Source: an uncultured Bdellovibrionales bacterium (GTDB lineage Bacteria > Patescibacteriota > Minisyncoccia > Moranbacterales > UBA1568). From it: a DNA stretch of 61,622 bases. The position numbers were made by a program, and so were the translations under genes. Every line of letters begins with the position of its first letter. Position 1 is the first letter of the stretch. The notes beneath the pieces are model-generated. The model was given only the letters and a program-made list of their open reading frames with translations, made no database searches and was not told where the DNA came from. Positions 16,538 to 26,049 of the stretch are shown piece after piece. Location: NCBI GenBank assembly GCA_964451495.1, contig CAYVHS010000004.1, positions 1-61,622 of the forward strand, given 5' to 3'.

Positions 16538-19500
16538 CTAGAGATTGTTTCTTTCTCGGTCGCTCGCGAACATTTTGTAGAGTACGGGGATGATGAAGAG
16601 GGTGAGGAAAGACGAGAACATGAGTCCAAAGATGATGGCTGATCCGAGGGCTTGCCAGAGGGCATTGGAGAGCGTAATCGGGATGATGCCGAGGATGGTG
16701 CAAAACGACGTGATGAAGATGGCTTCGAGTCGGGATTTGCCTGCATCGACGATCGCTTCTTCGAAGGGAATGTCAGAGCGGAGGTTGATATTGATCTTGT
16801 CGACTAGGATGATAGCGTTTTTGACCACGATACCAAAGAGGGCGAGGATGCCGATGAGCCCTGGGAACGACAAGGGAACACCAAAGAGGGCGAGCCCGAT
16901 AAAGACACCAATGAGAGCGAGTGGGAGCGTGACGAGGACGAGGAAGGCCTTGCGGAACGAATTGAACTGGATAACGAGGGTCGAGACGATGAGGAGTGCG
17001 GCGATAATCATGGCACGCAGGATAGACTGGACTGATTTGGCGTTTTCTTCGTTTTCGCCACCGTAAGTGATGGTGTAGCCATCGGGGAGTGTATAGTCTG
17101 CAGCTGTTTTTTCCTGGAAGACTTTGAGGACTTCCTGGGCGTTGGTGCCACCCACGACATCGGAAGAGAGTTTGACGATGCGTTTTTCATCGATACGGGT
17201 GATTGTGTTGACCGAGGGTTTGAGTTCTATGGTGGCGACATCTTTCAAATAGACTGGTGTACCGTTCTGATTGACGATTTGGATATTCTGGAGTGATTCG
17301 AGAGAGGTGAGCGCGTGTTCATCGAAACGAGCGATGATTTTTATTTCATCGTTATCGCGGATGATTTTGGAAATCTCGGTGCCAGACACTGCCATGCGGA
17401 GGATCGACCCGACAGAAGCGGCGTTCAGGTCGTAGAATTTCATGCGAGCTGGGTCGAGTGTGAAGGTGTATTCGGCCGGGGCTTCTTTGAGAGAGATATC
17501 GATGCTGGTGACGCCTGGAATGGTGGCGAGGATTTCTTTGAGATCGTTTGCGATGCGAGAAAGCGTCTCTAGATCTTCGCCGTTTACTCTGGCTTCAAAA
17601 GCAGCTCCAGCCGGTGGTCCACCTTGAGCAGATGCCACGGTGATGTCGGCCTCTCGTATCGAAGAGAGCTCGTTTCTGATTTTGGTAGCGAGATCATAGG
17701 ATGTTATAGAGCGCTCTTTGGGCTTGGTGAGCTTGATAATGATACTCGCGGTATGCGAGGCCGTTCCCCCACTTGCGAGGCCATCGCCCGAGGCGGACCT
17801 ACCAACAACCGTAGAGAAGTTTTTGATTTCGGGGTATTGACGGAGGACCTGCTCGACATCTTCGGTGATGAGGTCGGTTTTTTCGAGTTTCATGCCGATA
17901 GGGGCAGTGATGTTTACAAAGAGGAGTTCTTCATCGGAAGCTGGGAAGAATTCGGATTTGACGATGCCGGTCACTGGTAGGAGAGCGGTCATGATAAAGA
18001 GGGCGATGGTACCGAGGATCATCGTGAGGCGATGTTTGCGTGTTGAAAGAACGAAACGGAGTGATCGCTCGTAGAGAGGGATGAGGTGGTCGATACGGAT
18101 GATGCCGTGCATGAGACGGTCGATGAAATGGGCCTCGCCACTGATCTGATGCGAGAGTTTGTCTTTGATGAGAGCATCGCTCACGCGTTCTTGTTCGACG
18201 AGGATCTCATTTTTGCGCATGACGGCGTCGCCGTTTTTCATGAAGCGATAGTAGGCGAGGAAGAAAAATGTTGCCAGAGCTAAGGAAGTCAGACCAAAGC
18301 GAGCAATACCATCTAACCAGAGAAGTGAAGCAAAACTAATCATGAGAGCAGAAAGTATGAAGGTCCAGAAGAAGCCCCGGGTGAGGCGGATACGTTCGAG
18401 AGCGGCTGCTAATGGATGATTGATGGCGATAGCAATAATGAGGGATGAAATGAGAGTGATCGAGACTGTGATAGGGATGGATTTGATGAATTCGCCCATG
18501 ATGCCACTCGAGAGGAGGAGTGGGAGAAAAGCAAAGGTGGTCGCGAGGGTCGTCGTAAGGAGGACTACTTTGAAGTCACGGAGTACGAGGAGAACAGCTT
18601 CCTCTGGGGTGAATTTGCCAGTGCGGAGATATTGTTTGGTGGCTGAGACTACGACGATCGCGTCGTCGACCAAGAGTCCGAGTGCGAGGAGAAGCGAGAA
18701 GAGGGAGAGAAAGTTAAGAGAAGTGCCCGTGAGCATCATGGTGCCAAATGTCGCAAAGAAAACGAGTGGTATCGTTAGTCCAGCGATGAGGGCTTCTTTG
18801 AGTCCGACAAGAAGTATGAGGGTGATGACAACGAGTGTGATAGTAAGGAGAAAGTCGTGGCCGAGTCGGGTGAAGTCGCCGCTTATTTGGTCGGAAAAAT
18901 CGACCGTGATATCGGTTTTCATACCACTAGGGAAAGTCTCTAGAAGATCGGACACGGTGTGTTTGGCGGTGTCGGCGATACTCAAAATTGAACCGCCGGT
19001 TTTTTTGACGATATCAATCGTGACAGCGCGCTCGGGTTCGCTGCCGTTTATGGAGAGGCGCGAGAGCGTCGTGTGTTTGATAGCTCGTTCTTCCACGATG
19101 GCGATATCGCGGAGGTAAACGATGGCTCCTCCTGATGTTTTCATCACAGGGATAGCACCGAGTGCTTCTGCATCGAAAAACCGGCTATCGGAACGGATAG
19201 GATAGACAAATTCTTGACCATCGAAATTGCCTCCGGGGATGGCGATATTTCCGCTTCGTACAGCGTTATTGGCTGTCTCTGGTGAGACTCCGTATTGTGA
19301 GAGTTTGGCAGGGTCGTAGGCGATAGAAAGCTCCACTTCATCACCCCCCGAGAGGGTCACATCGCGGACGTCGGCAATTTTTTCGAGTTCATCGTGCAAG
19401 ATGTCGGCGTGTTCGCGGAGCGTGAGCCCATCATAGGGACCAGTGAGTACGATAGTGAGTATCGGTTGATCATCGAAAGACACTTCGGAAACGGTCGGAG

Positions 19501-19954
19501 TCTCCACTTCGTTCGGTAGATCGGGTGCTACTGCATTGACAGCATCCCGCACGCGTCTTATGGCATCTTCCAGATTTTCTTTGGCCTCGAATTCGACGCT
19601 CGTGACGGAAACAGAGTTGGATGAGGTCGAAGTCACTTTGCTTACGCCTTTGAGAGATGAGACTTCAGTTTCTATTTTTTTGGTGACGAGTTCCTCGACA
19701 TCGCTCGGGGATGCACCGGGGAAGACGGCTGACACGATAGCAATGGGAATTTTCACCTCAGGATTAGATTCGCGCGGCAGAACATTGTAGGCATATATAC
19801 CCCAGCCAGAAAGGAGAATGATGAAGAGGATGACAACACGGGTGTGCGCGACGAAAAAACCGATGAAGCCGTTTTTGAGTTCCGGATCAAAGGAAAGTTT
19901 GTTCAGATAGCGCGAATCGGAAGATGTATCTTCGTGTTCTGGTCGTGGTGTCAT
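16538..19954 (-). CDS. RND-family efflux transporter (AcrB-like, 12 TM)
   Basis: 1138 aa with two large loop domains and two 6-TM bundles. Typical AcrB-family N-terminus (FFVAHTRVVILFIILLSGWGIYAY..LPRESNPEVKIP). Confidence 0.92.
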   Translation of the reverse strand: MTPRPEHEDTSSDSRYLNKLSFDPELKNGFIGFFVAHTRVVILFIILLSGWGIYAYNVLPRESNPEVKIPIAIVSAVFPGASPSDVEELVTKKIETEVSSLKGVSKVTSTSSNSVSVTSVEFEAKENLEDAIRRVRDAVNAVAPDLPNEVETPTVSEVSFDDQPILTIVLTGPYDGLTLREHADILHDELEKIADVRDVTLSGGDEVELSIAYDPAKLSQYGVSPETANNAVRSGNIAIPGGNFDGQEFVYPIRSDSRFFDAEALGAIPVMKTSGGAIVYLRDIAIVEERAIKHTTLSRLSINGSEPERAVTIDIVKKTGGSILSIADTAKHTVSDLLETFPSGMKTDITVDFSDQISGDFTRLGHDFLLTITLVVITLILLVGLKEALIAGLTIPLVFFATFGTMMLTGTSLNFLSLFSLLLALGLLVDDAIVVVSATKQYLRTGKFTPEEAVLLVLRDFKVVLLTTTLATTFAFLPLLLSSGIMGEFIKSIPITVSITLISSLIIAIAINHPLAAALERIRLTRGFFWTFILSALMISFASLLWLDGIARFGLTSLALATFFFLAYYRFMKNGDAVMRKNEILVEQERVSDALIKDKLSHQISGEAHFIDRLMHGIIRIDHLIPLYERSLRFVLSTRKHRLTMILGTIALFIMTALLPVTGIVKSEFFPASDEELLFVNITAPIGMKLEKTDLITEDVEQVLRQYPEIKNFSTVVGRSASGDGLASGGTASHTASIIIKLTKPKERSITSYDLATKIRNELSSIREADITVASAQGGPPAGAAFEARVNGEDLETLSRIANDLKEILATIPGVTSIDISLKEAPAEYTFTLDPARMKFYDLNAASVGSILRMAVSGTEISKIIRDNDEIKIIARFDEHALTSLESLQNIQIVNQNGTPVYLKDVATIELKPSVNTITRIDEKRIVKLSSDVVGGTNAQEVLKVFQEKTAADYTLPDGYTITYGGENEENAKSVQSILRAMIIAALLIVSTLVIQFNSFRKAFLVLVTLPLALIGVFIGLALFGVPLSFPGLIGILALFGIVVKNAIILVDKININLRSDIPFEEAIVDAGKSRLEAIFITSFCTILGIIPITLSNALWQALGSAIIFGLMFSSFLTLFIIPVLYKMFASDRERNNL

Positions 19955-19963
19955 AGGGGAAAA

Positions 19964-21049
19964 TTAATCAAGAGTAACGAGGTCGTTTTCTTTGAGGCGC
20001 CTGACGTTGGTTGTGATAATCAAGGTCTGTGGGTCAGCAATGCCCGATACCTCGACTATCTCGCCATCGATATTTTCAATTGTGACCGCGACACGTTTGG
20101 CTTTCCCGTTGTCATATATGAAGACAGTGCTACCGGTTTGTTCATTGAGGACAGCTGAGAGCGGAAGGAAAAAGTTACCCGTTGTAGCCTTTTTTGAGAC
20201 TGAGGTGAACACAGTCACGATATACCCAGTCGAGAAATCTTTGAAATTTTGGTCGGTGCTTTCTGCTTCCACGAGGAAACGCTTGCTTTCTGGGTCCGCG
20301 CTTTGTGATACGCGGAGGATGGTTCCGCTGATACGATCCTTACCATCAGCATTTTTGCTGAAAGAGATTGATTGTCCAGGAATAAGAAGTGTCCGCTCGT
20401 TGTCACTCACGAAGAAGCGCAGTGTTTTTTTACCGCGGCTGATAGTCGCGAGAGGGGTACCTGGAGAAACCGTATCGCCGAGAGAAGCGTTTTTTATCGT
20501 TACGGTTCCGTTTATTGGACTTTTCACGAAATACTTATCGAAGAGTGAAGTATAGCTGATTTGAGCCAAATCACGATTGTTTTTTGCTTGGATTTTGGCG
20601 TTTTCTGAACTGTTATTGCCCTGCTGGTTGTCATTACGAACGGCTTCTTGATAGGCCTTTTTGGCGCTGGCGAGCGAGACGGCAGCTGTCGCTAGATCGA
20701 CGCTTTGGGCGCCATTTTTTTGCTCGAGGCTCGTACCCGTCTCTGCGATCTGAAATAGTACTCGTCCGGTCGAGACGAATGTGTTTGGGGTGATAGTAGC
20801 TGATACTATGGTGCCAGATACTTGAGCAACAAGATTGGCTTCGCCTTCGGCCGAGACGGTACCGGGATAAGAAAAATCAAAGGAAGTCGTTTGTTTCGTG
20901 GCGATAGTTTCAGCACGAACGGACAAAGGGGGCTTTTCTTGGCTTGTTACCATGTTCTTTGTTGTGCTGTCATTTTTTTGCATAAACAACACGCTGCCTC
21001 CTAGGGCGAGGAGGGCGATGCTGATGGTGATGATAAATTGCTTTTTCAT
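19964..21049 (-). CDS. RND efflux periplasmic adaptor (membrane fusion protein, HlyD family)
   Basis: N-terminal TM/signal, coiled-coil segment (LATAAVSLASAKKAYQEAV), beta-barrel C-terminus. Adjacent to the RND pump. Confidence 0.85.
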   Translation of the reverse strand: MKKQFIITISIALLALGGSVLFMQKNDSTTKNMVTSQEKPPLSVRAETIATKQTTSFDFSYPGTVSAEGEANLVAQVSGTIVSATITPNTFVSTGRVLFQIAETGTSLEQKNGAQSVDLATAAVSLASAKKAYQEAVRNDNQQGNNSSENAKIQAKNNRDLAQISYTSLFDKYFVKSPINGTVTIKNASLGDTVSPGTPLATISRGKKTLRFFVSDNERTLLIPGQSISFSKNADGKDRISGTILRVSQSADPESKRFLVEAESTDQNFKDFSTGYIVTVFTSVSKKATTGNFFLPLSAVLNEQTGSTVFIYDNGKAKRVAVTIENIDGEIVEVSGIADPQTLIITTNVRRLKENDLVTLD

Positions 21050-21078
21050 AAGAGGTGCTATTGTTTATAGATAACGGA

Positions 21079-21552
21079 TCACGCAATATCGTCGAGCTCT
21101 TGTTTTTTCTTATCGAGAAGAATGATGAGTTTTGAGAAAAATGCACCATGGTGACGGAGCTCTTCTTTGGTGAATTCTTTTTCGAAAGAAAGACCTGCTT
21201 GTTTGACCATGAGGGCCGCTTCATGGATTTTTCTCTCTCCGCTTTTCGTGATGAGGAAATGTATTTTTCGCTGGTCGTCTTCTTTCTTGGCATGCGATCG
21301 CTTCACAAAGCGTTTTTCTTCGAGTGCACGCAAACGCTGACTGAGGTTGGATTTGGTAATAGTGAGGGCGAGGACTATTTCTCCTGGTGTCGCCGATTTC
21401 TTTCGGGCCAGAAAAGTGAGGATTTTGAAACCTGAAGCACTGATGCCGACACGATCGTAGATATGATGGTTGGCGATAGATTCGAGGCGGGCCCAAGCGC
21501 AGAAAATAGGTTCGATAATAGATGCTTTTTCAAAAAAGCTTTTTTGTTCCAT
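21079..21552 (-). CDS. MarR-family transcriptional regulator
   Basis: Winged-helix block GISASGFKILTFLARKKSATPGEIVLALTITKSNLSQRLRALEEKRFVKR. First gene of the efflux operon. Confidence 0.85.
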   Translation of the reverse strand: MEQKSFFEKASIIEPIFCAWARLESIANHHIYDRVGISASGFKILTFLARKKSATPGEIVLALTITKSNLSQRLRALEEKRFVKRSHAKKEDDQRKIHFLITKSGERKIHEAALMVKQAGLSFEKEFTKEELRHHGAFFSKLIILLDKKKQELDDIA

Positions 21553-21563
21553 AGTAATTATTT

Positions 21564-21587
21564 TAGTTTATATATTAATAGTTTATA
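21564..21587. promoter_or_regulatory. direct repeat TAGTTTATA x2 (15-bp period) upstream of marR; candidate operator
   Basis: TAGTTTATAtattaaTAGTTTATA at 21564-21572 and 21579-21587, 12 nt from the marR start codon. Confidence 0.3.
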
Positions 21588-21677
21588 CATGAACATACTC
21601 TTTGTCAAGAGGAAAGGGCGACGCGATCGGGTAAAAGAGGAAGAAATCGCGGGGATTTGTGGTACAATGAGAATTGT

Positions 21678-23186
21678 ATGAATCATATAAAAGACCAGTA
21701 TAAAAGGGCTCTCTGGTACCGTATCATCATGCAGATGACAGTGTTTGCATATGTGTTTTTTGTGTTTCCTCTGTGTGTTTCAGCCCAAGGTGTATTGCCA
21801 CAAGAAGCGCTCGTCGATCTGGTGAAGCCTTCGGTAGTGCGCATAGCGGAGCACGTGACGGGCACGGCAAAAATTCCAGAAATCAAAGTAGATATTCGTA
21901 AGCGTCTCATGGCGGTTGTCCCAGATACATTCACGGAAGTGCCTGTGGACGAATATCTTTCCGGCAGTGGCTTTATCATTCATCCGGATGGGTATATCGC
22001 AACGAATGCCCATGTCGTATCGCAGGAGACCGTGAGGCGTTCACTCGCTTCCGAAAGCGCTCTCTCTGCATTGTTCGAGAATGCGCTGTTCCTCAGTGAT
22101 GCGGAAATGCAGGAATTTCTTGGATCGGATGACGGGGAAGGTTTCAGCAAAAAGATTCTGCAGTACGTCATTGATCAAAGTGTGTTTGATTTGACAAATG
22201 AAGTTGCGGTCTTGCGGCCAGATTCGGGAAAGACAAAAATGGCTGATCTCATAGCGACTGGGTTTCCTGCTGAGATTATTTTTGTTAACAATGCTTTTGC
22301 TGAGGATGAGCGAGATGTGGCCATCATAAAAATACAGGAGACCAATCTCCCCGCGATGCATCTTGGGGCTTCGAATGAGCTGGTCGTGGGAAAGAAATCA
22401 TTTATTTTTGGTTTTCCTGCCACGGCCGAAGTCAATGAGAATAATCCTGCCGAAGCGACGTTTACCCAAGGCGTAGTGAGTGCTATCAAACAATCATCCG
22501 ATAGGAGTCTCTCGATATTTCAGACTGATGCCAAAGTTTCCGAAGGGTCGAGCGGGGGACCTCTTTTCAATGAATATGGCGAGGTGGTAGGCATTATTAC
22601 TTTTCAGACGGGTGGACTGGACCGAGTGTCTGGGGATAATTTTGCTTTTGCTCTTCCGATTGAAATCGTCAAGGAAGCGGCGCTTGAGGCGAGGGTACTA
22701 CCTACAGAAGGAGAGTATAGAAAGGCTTTTATAGAAGGATTTATAGCTTTTTCTGAAAAGCATTGTGATAAGGCTCTGACATCGTTTGGTAATGCCCAAC
22801 ATGCCACGAATCCGATTTTTGGAGTAGGGAAATATCTCGAACCTTATGAAAAGAAGTGTGAAATGCTTAAACAGACAGGGGCGTCGCTTGATACCGGTCT
22901 CGATGAACTGCGTGGTACGGTGAGGTCTCTCAGTAGTCCCTTCGTGTATCTTTTGGGTGGCGGATTGCTCTTGTTTGGTGTTTTTGGTGCAGCGTTTTTT
23001 TGGCTTTTGCGTCAGGTACGGCGCGAAGAGCATGAAATTGAAGTATTGAATCATCGTCTAGAGGTTGATGAAATGAGAATTCGGGCCTATAAGAATGGTA
23101 TGGCTCCTCGGGAACGAAGTGTCTATGCGGGAGTGAAGAAGAATGAGGGTGTTTCTCGTTTACCTGAACGAAAAAAAGTTATCTAA
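21678..23186 (+). CDS. trypsin-like serine protease (S1C/HtrA-like) with N-terminal signal anchor and C-terminal TM
   Basis: GSGFIIHPDGYIATNAHVV (His), DVAIIKI (Asp), SEGSSGGPLF (Ser). C-terminal TM LLGGGLLLFGVFGAAFFWLL. ATG at 21678 preferred over the TTG at 21657. Confidence 0.88.
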   Translation: MNHIKDQYKRALWYRIIMQMTVFAYVFFVFPLCVSAQGVLPQEALVDLVKPSVVRIAEHVTGTAKIPEIKVDIRKRLMAVVPDTFTEVPVDEYLSGSGFIIHPDGYIATNAHVVSQETVRRSLASESALSALFENALFLSDAEMQEFLGSDDGEGFSKKILQYVIDQSVFDLTNEVAVLRPDSGKTKMADLIATGFPAEIIFVNNAFAEDERDVAIIKIQETNLPAMHLGASNELVVGKKSFIFGFPATAEVNENNPAEATFTQGVVSAIKQSSDRSLSIFQTDAKVSEGSSGGPLFNEYGEVVGIITFQTGGLDRVSGDNFAFALPIEIVKEAALEARVLPTEGEYRKAFIEGFIAFSEKHCDKALTSFGNAQHATNPIFGVGKYLEPYEKKCEMLKQTGASLDTGLDELRGTVRSLSSPFVYLLGGGLLLFGVFGAAFFWLLRQVRREEHEIEVLNHRLEVDEMRIRAYKNGMAPRERSVYAGVKKNEGVSRLPERKKVI

Positions 23187-23218
23187 AGTTTCGTCACATA
23201 CAAACAAAACAAAAAACA

Positions 23219-24988
23219 ATGATTACCGTCACAGATATTCTGAGGAGTCGTGAATTTCGCTTGCCTATTGGGATTGCCTGTCTCGTGGTATGCGGGGCGC
23301 TGTTCCAGCTACCTTTTTTCTATGGGGCGGCTATCTTTATTGGTCTTGGTCAGCTCATGTGGGAATCTTGGGAGCGGCTCCGGATGAAGAAATGGAGTCT
23401 CGATTATTTGGCTTTTTTGGCCATTGGTATGGCTTTTTTCTTGGGGCAATGGCTGACGGGTGCTGTTGTGGCATTTATGGTGGCGGTGAGTGCCGCGCTT
23501 GAGAAATATGGGACTGACCAAGCAGAAAAATCACTCCGAGAGTTGTTTGAGCAGCTTCCTAAGACGGTTTTGCTCACAGAGGGGAAGAATACAAAAGAGG
23601 TGCCACTTCAGGAGGTAAAACGGGGAGATATTCTTTTGCTTCGTCCACATGAGATGCTGGCTTTTGATGGGTACCTCGTTTCTTCTAAGGCGCTCGTCAA
23701 TGAAGCAAATATTACTGGTGAGATGGAACCAGTCGTTTACAACCAGGGAGCGCTCATGAAAAGTGGATTTGTGAATGCTGGAGAAGACTTTGAATTTCGG
23801 GTGAAGGGCGATTTCGAGCATTCGAGTTATCGGAAGATACTCAGTCTCGTGGAAGAAGGTAAGACACATCCGACGGCACTGGTGCGTATGGCGGAACGAT
23901 ATAATAGTATCTTTACCGTGTTTTCGCTTGTCATCGCTTTTATCGCGTATGCGCTTACTCATGATGCGACTCGATTTTTGGCGGTACTGGTCATCGCGAC
24001 CCCATGTCCGCTTCTGATTGCAGCACCGATTAGTTTTATCGGCGGGCTCAACAAAGCGGCGCGTAAGAATATCATAATCAAGAGTCCATTTGTGCTCGAG
24101 CTGCTCGCCAAGACCAAAACGTTCTTTTTCGATAAGACAGGGACGCTCACGCTCGGTGAGCCACGTCTGGAAAAAATAGAGCTTCTAGATAAACATCTTG
24201 ATAAGGACGGTGCGCTCGCTCTAGCAGCTGCGTTGGAGCAACATTCATTTCATCCGATTGCCAAGTCATTTGTGAAAGTGCACGCACTCCACAGCGAGGA
24301 AGAATTTTTTGCCGAAGATGTAGAGGAGATTATCGGAGAGGGAATATTTGGGACGATACATGGTGAGCGTTACGGTGTCGTCAAAGCAAAAGGAATGTTT
24401 AATAATGGTATTGTAGTGGAGCTATTGTGGCATGAGCGTCCTATTGCTCGATTTTATTTCGATGATGAGCTCAAGGCCGACGTGGGGAAAGTTTTCACGT
24501 ATTTGCGAGAGCGTGGGTATAGCTTGGGTATATTGACGGGCGATAAGAAAAACAATGCCGAGCGACTTTTTGGCGATTTCAAGCTCCCGATATATGCAGA
24601 GTGTTCTCCGGAAAAGAAAACGATGCTCGTAGAGCGGTATCAGAAAGAGGGGAAACTCGTCGGTATGATCGGTGATGGGATGAATGATGCACCGGCCCTC
24701 GCTTTGGCGGACATCGGTATTGTGTTTTCCGGGACAGAGAATAGCGCTTCGATTGAAGCGGCGGATGTGGCTATCCTGGGGCGCGATGCTTGGCTCATCC
24801 GTGATGCGATTCATATCGGGCGCCGCTCATATCACGTGGCTCTCCAGAGTATTTTGCTTGGCATTGGACTTTCGATTATCGGTATGCTTCTCGCAGCCTT
24901 TGGTTTCATACCACCGCTCTATGGGGCTATGCTGCAGGAGGTGATCGATGCAATCGTCATCATCAACGCGCTGCGCTCCACGTATTAA
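23219..24988 (+). CDS. P1B-type (heavy-metal) P-type ATPase, short form with TPCP motif and no N-terminal metal-binding domain
   Basis: TGE (ITGEMEP), membrane ATPCPLLIAAP, DKTGTLT, GDGMNDAPALALADIG. Length 589 aa. Confidence 0.9.
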   Translation: MITVTDILRSREFRLPIGIACLVVCGALFQLPFFYGAAIFIGLGQLMWESWERLRMKKWSLDYLAFLAIGMAFFLGQWLTGAVVAFMVAVSAALEKYGTDQAEKSLRELFEQLPKTVLLTEGKNTKEVPLQEVKRGDILLLRPHEMLAFDGYLVSSKALVNEANITGEMEPVVYNQGALMKSGFVNAGEDFEFRVKGDFEHSSYRKILSLVEEGKTHPTALVRMAERYNSIFTVFSLVIAFIAYALTHDATRFLAVLVIATPCPLLIAAPISFIGGLNKAARKNIIIKSPFVLELLAKTKTFFFDKTGTLTLGEPRLEKIELLDKHLDKDGALALAAALEQHSFHPIAKSFVKVHALHSEEEFFAEDVEEIIGEGIFGTIHGERYGVVKAKGMFNNGIVVELLWHERPIARFYFDDELKADVGKVFTYLRERGYSLGILTGDKKNNAERLFGDFKLPIYAECSPEKKTMLVERYQKEGKLVGMIGDGMNDAPALALADIGIVFSGTENSASIEAADVAILGRDAWLIRDAIHIGRRSYHVALQSILLGIGLSIIGMLLAAFGFIPPLYGAMLQEVIDAIVIINALRSTY

Positions 24989-25000
24989 TATTTTTTATAT

Positions 25001-25031
25001 TACCCCGCACAGGCATTGCCTATGCGGGGTA
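25001..25031. other. GC-rich hairpin between convergent genes (no clear U-tract)
   Basis: TACCCCGCAcaggcattgcctaTGCGGGGTA, 9-bp stem. Confidence 0.4.
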
Positions 25032-25040
25032 AATAGATCA

Positions 25041-25337
25041 TCATAGGAATCGATGGAACTTCCATAGTCCAAATCCGCTTGGTCTTGCTCGTGTGTCGAA
25101 TTTGATAGGGGGAGCAATATTCGAATTCTCGAGATTATGCTGCCACCATCGCCAGAGGTTTTGGAGGAGTTCTCCAAATCCATACCCGGTCGGATTTGAT
25201 CCTTGTATCATGCCATCCCGTAGTCCTACCATGACTTGATGTGTGATATCAGGACGAGCTGTGCTGATATCACCAATTTGTCGACCAAGCGCATAGAGTT
25301 CGTCTGCACTCATTTGGTCAAGATCAATAGTATTCAA
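25041..25337 (-). CDS. hypothetical protein (98 aa)
   Basis: GAGGAG SD 7 nt upstream of an in-frame TTG at 25337 (the ATG at MSADELY is an alternative). No recognisable motif. Confidence 0.5.
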   Translation of the reverse strand: MNTIDLDQMSADELYALGRQIGDISTARPDITHQVMVGLRDGMIQGSNPTGYGFGELLQNLWRWWQHNLENSNIAPPIKFDTRARPSGFGLWKFHRFL

Positions 25338-25456
25338 GCGATTTCTCCTCAAAGGTTGTGTGCGAAAGAGCAATTTTTATACTATACCAATGTGAGGGAA
25401 AGTCAATATACAAGCATAATGTGGGCATTGTTTAATAGTGGGATACTATAATATAT

Positions 25457-25483
25457 AAAATCCCGATTATTCATCGGGATTTT
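25457..25483. terminator. bidirectional terminator after the cupredoxin gene
   Basis: AAAATCCCGATtattcATCGGGATTTT. Confidence 0.8.
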
Positions 25484-25504
25484 ATGGTGTCGATTATGCT
25501 TTGG

Positions 25505-25921
25505 TTATTCGACGATGAGTGTGCCCCACTGACCCTTGGCTCGGTGTCCGGGTTTGGAGCAGTAGTAGATGAATTCACCAGTCTTGTCGGCGACAAATTC
25601 GATGACTACTTCTTCATTCATCGGTAGTTCCTTCTGGACGCCGAATTCATCGATAATCAAATCATGCATGCCTTTGGTATTGGTGGCTTTGATACGTACT
25701 GTGTCGCCTTGCTTCACGCGCATCTCTTTGAGTGAATACCAGACGCCGGTTTCGTCGTAGTAGGCCGTGGTGGTGAATTCTTTTACCTCGCCCATTGGTG
25801 TTGTGACTGCAGCCATTTTCTTATCAGTAGGCATGGCTGCTTTGTCTTTGTTGCTTCCGAGCATCATATAGCCGATGACTCCGAGAGCGATGACTGCGAT
25901 AATCCCCAGTATTTTCCCCAT
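25505..25921 (-). CDS. membrane-anchored cupredoxin (type-1 blue copper-like) protein
   Basis: N-terminal TM. Candidate ligands are His in GMHDLIIDEF and C-x4-H-x4-Q in YYCSKPGHRAKGQWGTL. Start moved to the ATG at 25921 (MGKILGII...). Confidence 0.75.
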   Translation of the reverse strand: MGKILGIIAVIALGVIGYMMLGSNKDKAAMPTDKKMAAVTTPMGEVKEFTTTAYYDETGVWYSLKEMRVKQGDTVRIKATNTKGMHDLIIDEFGVQKELPMNEEVVIEFVADKTGEFIYYCSKPGHRAKGQWGTLIVE

Positions 25922-26049
25922 ATAATTATATGTTAATGATATATACAATAATAACAGGTATTCACCTGATTTTACCAGCACTCGTTTCGTTTGCTAATTA
26001 ATTATTTTGATTGATTCCTTAGTAGTCTATGATGGCATAGATAGTTGTG

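Noticed and set aside
25001-25031. Intrinsic terminator between the P-type ATPase gene and the 98-aa ORF
   Set aside because: A 9-bp GC stem is present, but no U-tract follows it on either strand. It is kept only as a hairpin of uncertain function.
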